64,000 bases of DNA from Macrostomum lignano (Eukaryota). The notes beneath the pieces were generated by a model. The model did no database searches and was not told where the DNA came from. It saw only the letters and a list, made by a program, of their open reading frames with translations. Location of the stretch: assembly GCA_002269645.1 (NCBI GenBank), contig NIVC01002977.1, forward strand, positions 63,909-127,908. Direction: 5' to 3'. The position numbers and the translations under genes were made by a program. Positions 48,929-57,393 of the stretch are shown one piece after another (within the stretch, counting starts at the first letter, position 1; the number at the start of each line of letters is the position of its first letter).

Positions 48929-49990
48929 CAGCTTTGTAGGCCTCATCACCCTGGCCAGCCTCTGCTGCCTCGGGGCGGCCCGAGACAAGTCGGAGTTTGA
49001 CTTCATCCTGCTCACCAGAGAGTGGCCCTTCTCCTTCTGCTCGGTGACCTCGGTCTGTGCTGCGGTCTCTGGTTGACTGGGGATTCAAGGATGAGGGGGT
49101 GAACTAAGGGGGTGTGAACTTAGGGAGAGAGTGAACTAAGGGGGTGTGAATTTAGGGAGAGGGTGAACTAAGGGGTGTGAATTTAGGGAGAGGGTGAACT
49201 AAGGGGTGTGAACTTAGGGAGAGAGTGAACTAAGGGGTGTGAACTTATGGAGAGGGTGAACTAAGGGGGTGTTAAGCTGTAGAGAGGGTGAACTAAGGGG
49301 TGTGAACTTATGGAGAGGGTGAACTAAAGGGGGTGTGAACTTATGGAGAGGGTGAACTAAGGGGTGTGAACTTATGGAGAGGGTGAACTAAGGGGGTGTG
49401 AATTTAGGGAGAGGGTGAACTAAAGGGGGTGTGAACTTATGGAGAGGGTGAACTAAGGGGTGTGAACTTATAGAGAGGGTGAACTAAGGGGTGTGAACTT
49501 AGGGAGAGGGTGAATTAAGGGGTGTGAACTTATGGAGAGGGTGAACTAAGGGGGTGTTAACCTGTGGAGAGGGTGAACTAAGGGCCGGTGTGAACTTTTC
49601 GAGACAGTGAACTCGGGGTGACAGAATTATTCTTTGTAATTTAAAATGTAAACTATAGCGTGCACCTGCCTGCAAAATTTAGGAAGCTCACACGACGTAC
49701 TTTCTATATGAGGTCATGACCTGATGAACTCAATGGAATCACGCACACATTCGTAGTTCCTCGTGTTAACCCGCAGTGCAAGCACAAGGAGCTGCTACAG
49801 AAAAGGTTCAACATTCATGGACTTTGGTGAGTTCGACTGCGATTTGTTTTTATCAGCGGCCTAAGCGGCCTACTTAAAGTAGAGTGGTTAATTTCGGAAC
49901 ACCGCTTTTTTCAGGGCCGAGTCCAAAGATTCTCCGTCCAAGCCGCCCATGTTCTGCAACTCCACTGCGTTCAACGAATCCGAGCTGGGG
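48929..49990 (+). CDS. RNASET2: Ribonuclease T2 family gene, 5' part (partial; three visible coding exons)
   Basis: Exon ~48929/48940-49043 (or -49052): signal-peptide-like GLITLASLCCLGAA, then EFDFILLTREWPFSFC. Exon 49777-49826: CKHKELLQKRFNIHGLW (CAS I; acceptor cccgcag, donor GTGAGT, phase 2). Exon 49915-49990: AESKDSPSKPPMFCNSTAFNESELG (acceptor tttttcag, donor GTGAGT; two N-glycan sequons). Phases are compatible. The start exon is uncertain and the CAS II exon is not in the window. Confidence 0.8.
49093..49595. repeat. ~30-bp G-rich minisatellite in an RNase T2 intron (gggtgaactaaggggtgtgaacttatggaga)
   Basis: Tandem units with G-run length variation. Confidence 0.93.
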
Positions 49991-50800
49991 GTGAGTTGCC
50001 TTGTGGCTTTGAGCTGGGGTGAGTTGCCTTGTGGCTTTGAGCTGGGGTGAGTTGCCTTGTGGCTTTGAGCTGGGGTGAGTTGCCTTGTGGCTTTGAGCTG
50101 GGGTGAGTTGCCTTGTGGCTTTGAGCTGGGGTGAGTTGCCTTGTGGCTTTGAGCTGGGGTGAGTTGCCTTGTGGCTTTGAGCTGGGGTGAGTTGCCTTGT
50201 GGCTTTGAGCTGGGGTGAGTTGCCTTGTGGCTTTGAGCTGGGGTGAGTTGCCTTGTGGCTTTGAGCTGGGGTGAGTTGCCTTGTGGCTTTGAGCTGGGGT
50301 GAGTTGCCTTGTGGCTTTGAGCTGGGGTGAGTTGCCTTGTGGCTTTGAGCTGGGGTGAGTTGCCTTGTGGCTTTGAGCTGGGGTGAGTTGCCTTGTGGCT
50401 TTGAGCTGGGGTGAGTTGCCTTGTGGCTCCGAGCTGGGGTGAGTTGCCTTGTGGCTTTGAGCTGGGGTGAGTTTCCTTGTGGCTTTGAGCTGGGGTGAGT
50501 TGCCTTGTGGCTTTGAGCTGGGGTGAGTTGCCTTGTGGCTTTGAGCTGGGGTGAGTTGCCTTGTGGCTCCGAGCTGGGGTGAGTTGCCTTGTGGCTTTGA
50601 GCTGGGGTGAGTTGCCTTGTGGCTCCGAGCTGGGGTGAGTTGCCTTGTGGCTTTGAGCTGGGGTGAGTTTCCTTGTGGCTTTGAGCTGGGGTGAGTTGCC
50701 TTGTGGCTTTGAGCTGGGGTGAGTTGCCTTGTGGCTTTGAGCTGGGGTGAGTTGCCTTGTGGCTCCGAGCTGGGGTGAGTTGCCTTGTGGCTTTGAGCTG
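49982..50800. repeat. 28-bp minisatellite (gagctggggtgagttgccttgtggcttt), left block
   Basis: About 29 units; the first unit overlaps the RNase T2 exon end and its donor. Confidence 0.97.
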
Positions 50801-51869
50801 CCCGTTGGAAAAGTTATGCACCTGCAGAGGCACAAAAGGTGAGCGAGGTGCACAAAAGAGGCACTTTGGTGGCCTATTTCGTGTGTGTTTTGGAAATGCA
50901 CCTGAGTGCACCTTTTATGCCTAAATGTCACCAATATTTTTGAAAAGAGGCATGAAAGGTGTAAAATCGGTGAAGTGGTCAGGCAGTAGGTGAATTCTCA
51001 ATTTTGATTGGCTGCGGCGGTAGGGGCAGTAAAGGTGCTGAAGGGGCGCAGAAAGTGCACAAAAGGTGAATTAGAGGTGCATAAGGTGTACATGTTGCAG
51101 CGTAAATATGTATACAGGTGCATTTCCAAAACACGCTCGAAATAGACCCCAAAGTGCCTCTTCTGTGCACCTCGCTCACCTTTCATGCCTATGCACGAAT
51201 TAACGCATTAATAATCAGTAACAAAAAATTAACTGAGAGTTACATACTCGTAAATTGCACGCACAGATCGAACATAGAAAAGCTTTATTTACACCTATAC
51301 TAATTGCTGCTATCCCCTTCCTGATCCTGACTAACCACAAAAGTAAGCATTTCCTGTACTGATAAGTTTTAATAACTTTCAAATACTCAGGAAAAGTTCC
51401 GAAAAGTGATGAAAAGCTTTGAATCTGTTTAAAGAATAATAAGGAAAAGTAGCAAAGAACTTTCGCAAGTTGGAACGCCCCTTGCATTGCCTCTACACCT
51501 AAAGTGCCCACTGTGCACCGTTTGTTCACCTTTTGTGCCTCCAATGCACACTGTACACTTTTTATGCACCTCCACCACAGCGCACCTTTTTCACCTTTCA
51601 CTCCACCAATGCCCCCAATTCCTACTTTGTTCACCTTTTGTGCCTCCAATGCACACTGTGCACCTTTAATACACCAAACTCCCCTATGACACCTGTGCCC
51701 CTACCACCTATTTCGTGCCTTATATTCACCATTTGACCCTGCAGAGGCACTCAGGTGAACACGCGGTGCACAAGTGGCACAAAATAGGCATAAGAGAGGC
51801 GAAAGTGAGGCAGACGGTGTAAAACTCTTCACCTTTCATGCCTACTTTAAAAACTCAAAATTCAACGGG
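50801..51869. mobile_element. Non-autonomous DNA transposon, 1069 bp, CCC termini, 3-bp TSD CTG (CMC/CACTA-like)
   Basis: CCCGTTG...CAACGGG termini; CTG at 50798-50800 and 51870-51872; the satellite resumes in register; many subterminal aggtg/gtgcac and ggcatgaaaggtg repeats in both orientations. Confidence 0.8.
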
Positions 51870-52453
51870 CTGGGGTGAGTTTCCTTGTGGCTTTGAGCTG
51901 GGGTGAGTTGCCTTGTGGCTTTGAGCTGGGGTGAGTTGCCTTGTGGCTTTGAGCTGGGGTGAGTTGCCTTGTGGCTTTGAGCTGGGGTGAGTTGCCTTGT
52001 GGCTTTGAGCTGGGGTGAGTTTCCTTGTGGCTTTGAGCTGGGGTGAGTTGCCTTGTGGCTTTGAGCTGGGGTGAGTTTCCTTGTGGCTTTGAGCTGGGGT
52101 GAGTTGCCTTGTGGCTTTGAGCTGGGGTGAGTTGCCTTGTGGCTTTGAGCTGGGGTGAGTTGCCTTGTGGCTTTGAGCTGGGGTGAGTTGCCTTGTGGCT
52201 TTGAGCTGGGGTGAGTTGCCTTGTGGCTTTGAGCTGGGGTGAGTTGCCTTGTGGCTTTGAGCTGGGGTGAGTTGCCTTGTGGCTTTGAGCTGGGGTGAGT
52301 TTCCTTGTGGCTTTGAGCTGGGGTGAGTTGCCTTGTGGCTTTGAGCTGGGGTGAGTTGCCTTGTGGCTTTGAGCTGGGGTGAGTTGCCTTGTGGCTTTGA
52401 GCTGGGGTGAGTTGCCTTGTGGCTTTGAGCTGGGGTGAGTTGCCTTGTGGCTT
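51870..52453. repeat. 28-bp minisatellite, right block, truncated mid-unit
   Basis: About 21 units ending at ...gtggctt and followed by AGTAG. Confidence 0.97.
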
Positions 52454-52492
52454 AGTAGAAGGCATGAGGGGGCTTTTGGGACAAAATTTTTC

Positions 52493-52707
52493 ACGTCCTC
52501 CATAATCCCATTAAATCCATCTATATTATCCCTGACAGAATCAGAAAAAAAGGGGGGTCGCACTCGCTAACAAAACGTCCTCCATAATCCCATTAAATCC
52601 ATCCATATTATCCCCGACAGAATCAGAAAAAAGGGGGTCGCACTCGCTCACAAAACATCCTCCATAATCCCATTAAATCCATCCATATTATCCCTGACAG
52701 AATCAGA
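52493..52707. repeat. ~81-bp subterminal direct repeats (about 2.6 copies) of the Maverick
   Basis: acgtcctccataatcccattaaatccat... at 52493, 52575 and 52655. Confidence 0.85.
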
Positions 52708-53563
52708 GCATAACAGGTGTCCTACTGTTATGCTCTGAGGGTTTATGCTCTGAGCATAACAGCTCCAAATCCACCCATAGCATCTTCGAAACAATCAGAA
52801 AATAATCTGCATTCTTCTCCCCACATTCAATCCGCAACGTGCTACCAGATCCCTAAGACTTTAAATCCCCTAACCCAGGGTCCTTACCCTTTGAAAAAAA
52901 AATCTAAATTTTCTCTAAAAATGTTTCCAGTTGTCTCCCCAGGTTCTTATTACAAAGCGCACGAGCCTAATTACAAGAGTAAGTACCAATGCAAACTAGA
53001 ATGCAGCGAGTACATGAGAAAATATTGGCCCGGCGTTGATATCAATGTCCCTAATATTAATCTAGCTCTCCAAAGACACTGGTTCAGAACACAGCTGAGA
53101 AAATTTGCTTAGTCATGCTAGTAAGAGTTTGGCTCTGCATGAAAGGTACAATCGTTGATGGTAATTTCACTTAAAACAAAGAAAAGAAAGAAAGCAGACC
53201 TTATTTATTAATTGTTAAATAAATACCGTACCGTAATACGGTACCGAAAATACCGTATTGTAGTTGGAGTTTATTCTATGAAGCTTTGAATTTTTATTTA
53301 TCGAAATTTTGTAATAAATAGAATAACAATGTTTTACATAAACAAAAACAAGAATGATTATTAATTGGTGGTACTTCTAAAATTGTCTACAAGTTGCTCT
53401 AAATTTATATTAGAAGGAAGGTTATCTAACAAACCTACAGTATCCTCTCTACATATCCCACATTTTCTCGTGTTATTACTTGAAGTAAGAATTTCTAGTC
53501 ATATTACTTATAAGTAGGCTCTAAACAACTTGACGCCATTCTGGACTGTCTCGGAAAAACCAC

Positions 53564-53640
53564 ACATGATTTTCTCTAACGTGTTAGAAAAAATCATGTA
53601 CACACATCATTTTCTCTAACGCGTTAGAAAAAATCATGTG
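53564..53640. other. Two tandem ~38-bp imperfect palindromes
   Basis: acatgattttctctaac-gt-gttagaaaaaatcatgt repeated twice. Confidence 0.8.
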
Positions 53641-53951
53641 CGCCCAGTACGTTCAAGGCCGTCTCCCCAGCTGGCCTTGGGTACCTCGGTTTCAGAGAAA
53701 TCTCTCTCCCACGCCAGTGTACGCTTTCTGTTACACTCCGCTATTCTTAACACACAACCTTGGCGACAACCTCTTCATGCCTTTCTTGCCTTGCCCCCCC
53801 CCCCTAGTGGTATCTAGTGGTAAGTGATATCTTACCACTTCTCTCTACACTCTATGAAAATATTAATACTTATGAAATCTTAACACAACAAACAATAACC
53901 TAAAGGACTTGTCAATAAAATGCCTGAATAAATATTAGAGTGTTGTCACCG

Positions 53952-54813
53952 TCAGCACGTCTTCACTTTTTTGTCCTCGTCCTCATCTTCATCATCTTCC
54001 TCGTTGGCCTCTGAAAAAAAGCAACGTTTTAAGAATTATCAATTTAAATTTAATAGAATTAAAACTGTGAAGCAATTACTTACCGTCTTCGTACCAGGCT
54101 TGGATTGTCTTTTCAAATTCACCTTCCATTGTAAGGAAGGCAACACTTTCGTGCTGCATTCTCAGCAGCTGGTCAAATCTGGTGTCGGTGGCAGCCTTCT
54201 TGCGGATTGGAGCGCTATAGTTCAACACACGCCCCATTGAATAACCCGAGAAGATCAGCCCCGGGAACTCCAGGCACAGCCGGTAATACTTCACATAATC
54301 ACTCACTTTCCGAATGGTTACGTCAAACACACGAGCTAGCTCGCGTTCGTCCATACCAAACTTTGAGCTTAAATAGTTGACTCTTCTTCCGAACTCGAAT
54401 TGTAAGATCGCCTTAAGTATTGACACATTGTCAATGCCAACTATCACTTGTTTGGTGCCCTCGATAATCGATGTTCTCGACAAATCAAACAACTTTTCTC
54501 CGACGAAATTAATCGAAGAGAATAGTGACTGTAGACTGACTCGCACGCCGCGATCTTCGATATCCTCCAATTTTTCCTTTATTTTTTCAATTACGGTTTC
54601 CTCTTGTCTATTCTCTTCTTTCTTCTCCGATACGCTCTTCCGTTTGTCTGGCAGACCGTTTAACTTTTGCAAGCTTGCTTGAAGCCTCATCAGCTCTTCA
54701 TTGGGAAAGTCTCGGAGGCGAGCTCCCAGCAGCGATCGATCTTTTTTTAATAACGATGTGGTCATCTCCACAACGTCTGAGATGCGTCTTTGTTTCTCTT
54801 TAGACAAAGCCAT
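53952..54813 (-). CDS. Maverick accessory protein, 262 aa, HTH-like region plus acidic tail; two exons
   Basis: Exon 54813-54084, 73-nt intron 54083-54011 (GTAAGT...ctttttttcAG, phase 1), exon 54010-53952 encoding EANEEDDEDEDEDKKVKTC*. 'ERELARVFDVTIRKVSDYVKYYRL' is helix-turn-helix-like. Confidence 0.7.
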
Positions 54814-54877
54814 GCTGGGATTTCAATAGTATATACAATCGAATGTGTGTGTAGTGTGTTTAGCGTTTTATTTTTGC

Positions 54878-55021
54878 TTTTATACAGCCGGCTAGGGTGG
54901 AAATGAAAGTTTCCAGAACGTAGTTAGCAAACAAGAACACACGGTGTACAAGCGGAGGACCAGATCGCTAAATATGAAAACGAGCTAGCACCCAGACGTC
55001 ACCCAGACGTCACCCAGACGT
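54878..55021 (-). promoter_or_regulatory. Putative promoter of the spliced Maverick gene: TATAAAA plus 3 x 11-bp cacccagacgt repeats
   Basis: Minus-strand TATAAAA at 54884-54878, 65 nt upstream of the ATG; repeats at 54989-55021 form near-CRE agacgtca sites. Confidence 0.45.
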
Positions 55022-55250
55022 TAACTAGCTTCCGAGCGATCGATTCCCTCCACCCGTTTGAAGTCCCTGTACATTTCCTTGGTTGATTGGGGATGTCAAA
55101 GCGGAAAGGAAAGCACGCGTGGAACTTGTACATTCGCAAAATCGATTAGAGGGCTGCGCTCCCTCAACAAATAGCAGTTACCCCACCCTTTTCAAAATGC
55201 ACCTGTTGCGTTTGGCTAGGGCTGAGAATAATAGTTAAGCCCTTCCCGAC

Positions 55251-55738
55251 TCAAGCGCCTCTCTCTACCCCCAGCTCTTTCAGCAGTCTTCCTAGTACCT
55301 CGTTTGGAGCGCACAAAATAAACCCAGCTCCCTCTCTCCCCGTGCAACCGCCCTCTCTCCCCAAACACCCACCCTCGCCGTCGATCCCCAACCCCAGCTT
55401 TTTCTTACCAAAAATAACCGCCTTGACTAATTTCCGAGCAATCGACTCACGAAATCCGCTTGAAGCCCCTATATTGTCTAGTCTCTTAAGCATTTCTTTG
55501 TCCCAGCGATTCTTCTCCTCAGGAAAATCTCTATATTTAACGTCGTGCCACATGCAGACAGAGTCTAGCTCGTTCACAGGCTCATGCCCAGGATTTGGAT
55601 TATCGTTTGTATCTAACTGTATTTCAAGTGGATTCAAAGGCCCGCAATATTTGTACCGGGAAGTGTCCAGCCTTTGTTTGGATGAGGAAGCTTTTCTATC
55701 AGTCCATGTGAATCTAACTTACCACCAGAGCGTTGCAT
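55251..55738 (-). pseudogene. Parvovirus-type phospholipase A2 (adintovirus PLA2X-like), one apparent -1 frameshift at ~55655
   Basis: MQRSGGKLDSHGLIEKLPHPNKGWTLPG / YKYCGPLNPL (Ca-loop) ... EPVNELDSVCMWHDVKYRD (HD catalytic dyad) ... KKKLGLG. Adding one base restores a 162-aa ORF. Confidence 0.8.
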
Positions 55739-55768
55739 TATTTTATTTTAAATTTTCTTTTTAAAAAA

Positions 55769-56806
55769 ATGACAGATCAGAAACTTAAAAAACTCTACTA
55801 CAGCGACAAAGGATTCTTTGTAGGAAAAAATGCAGTCACCAAACTCGCAGAACTAAGTAAGGAACCAAAAGCTAAAGTAGAAAAGTGGCTCTCTAAGCAG
55901 GCTGTCTTTCAAGTCTATTTCCCACCTGTTATATTTACAAGACCTCACTTTAGCATCTATAAACCTAATGAGGCGCACCAAGCAGACTTATTGTTTCTCC
56001 CCAATGACTCGGGCTACAAGTATGCTCTCACAATTACAGACGTTGCTTCCAGATATAAGGAAGCTCGCCCACTCAAGACGAAGAAGTCAGAGGTTGTTGC
56101 CAGCGCACTCCAAGATATTTATAAAAACTCACCCCTTAGTTACCCTGAAATCTTTATGACGGACCCGGGTAAAGAATTCATGGGTGCAGTGAAATCACTT
56201 CTACATAAGCATGACACAAAAATTCGCTATGGCAGAACAAACTTGCACAGAGACCAGGCTTTTGTGGAAAGATTCAATCTAACTCTAGCCAAGAGGCTAT
56301 TCACTAAGCAGACAGCTGAGGAGCTGAAACTAAAAAGTGGTCAGTACTATTCAAAATGGACAGACCGGCTCCCCACTGTTATAGAGCAACTGAACAATGA
56401 AGTCACACGTATGACTGGATTGAAACCATCCCATGCAATTAAACAAGACACTGTCAAACTTAAGGCAACTCATAGAACAGACAACAACACTACAACCCCA
56501 CACAACACACACAACACAAAACACACCTCGAACTACCCTAAGCTTCCAGGAGTTGAATCACCATACATACTGACAAACTCTGAGTTTCTACGCTTTTTAT
56601 ATCTACCTGGAGAGCTAGAGAAAGACACCAAAAGAAGAGCTACAGATCCATACTTCAGCCTTGATGTGCATAAAATAGACAGACATTTTACCTCCGACTC
56701 CGGTGATTATTACTTTTTATCTCAAGCCTTTAACCCTAAATCCCCCACGCGGTCATTCACTAGAGCTGAACTCCTAGTGATACCAGCTGACACAGAAATT
56801 AATTAA
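55769..56806 (+). CDS. Maverick retroviral-type (DDE) integrase, 345 aa, intact
   Basis: HQADLLFL (D), IFMTDPGKEF (D), AFVERFNLTL (E); C-terminal 'KRRATDPYFS...YYFL...RSFTRAELLV'; no C-terminal chromodomain. ATG at 55769. Confidence 0.92.
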   Translation: MTDQKLKKLYYSDKGFFVGKNAVTKLAELSKEPKAKVEKWLSKQAVFQVYFPPVIFTRPHFSIYKPNEAHQADLLFLPNDSGYKYALTITDVASRYKEARPLKTKKSEVVASALQDIYKNSPLSYPEIFMTDPGKEFMGAVKSLLHKHDTKIRYGRTNLHRDQAFVERFNLTLAKRLFTKQTAEELKLKSGQYYSKWTDRLPTVIEQLNNEVTRMTGLKPSHAIKQDTVKLKATHRTDNNTTTPHNTHNTKHTSNYPKLPGVESPYILTNSEFLRFLYLPGELEKDTKRRATDPYFSLDVHKIDRHFTSDSGDYYFLSQAFNPKSPTRSFTRAELLVIPADTEIN

Positions 56807-56822
56807 AATATTAAAATAAAAA

Positions 56823-57269
56823 ATGACAAAGATTGAAACCAGAACCATCAATAAACTCAATAAAATCATTGAATCAAAGAAACCAGGTATTATATCAATT
56901 AAAGGTGCCAAAGTAAAAATCGATCCCACGCAGCAAATACTTCAGTGTAATGAGCAAAGACACAGCATCACAGATGAAAAGTCAGGAGGAATCCTACCAT
57001 TAGCAGCTCTTATTCCGATCATTGCAGGCGCTGTAAGTGCCGCAGGTGGTGTAGCTGGAGGTGTAGCAACTGCTGTTAAAGCTGGTAATGATAGAGCCCA
57101 CCAGCTGGAATTGCAAAAGATTGCAAGAGATAAAGGTATAACAATTAAGGCAGGAGAGGGCTGCCCGGATTTTGATGATTGTGAGCATGAAAATTCTGTA
57201 AGCAAGTCTGACATTGTCAAAGCAATCATGACACTACACAATGCTGGGTTTACAATAATGCGGATGTGA
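56823..57269 (+). CDS. Small Maverick protein with amphipathic Gly/Ala-rich segment (cupiennin-like, putative membrane-lytic virion core protein)
   Basis: KSGGILPLAALIPIIAGAVSAAGGVAGGVATAVKAG matches the GGxLP motif I recall from Polinton/adintovirus small ORFs. Confidence 0.6.
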   Translation: MTKIETRTINKLNKIIESKKPGIISIKGAKVKIDPTQQILQCNEQRHSITDEKSGGILPLAALIPIIAGAVSAAGGVAGGVATAVKAGNDRAHQLELQKIARDKGITIKAGEGCPDFDDCEHENSVSKSDIVKAIMTLHNAGFTIMRM

Positions 57270-57393
57270 TGAGGTTTAAAACCCCACTTTATCCAGCTTC
57301 ATAAACCTAGCGCTACTTATAGGATGTAGAAACAGTTCAACTTTTCTATCAGGGTGGTCACCCTCAAAAATTTTGTTTATTTTAGAGAAAAAA

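Noticed and set aside
43551-52563. Long ORFs (245-435 aa) over the 21-, 28- and ~29-bp arrays
   Set aside because: Stop-free frames of tandem repeats; similar peptides appear in several frames and on both strands.
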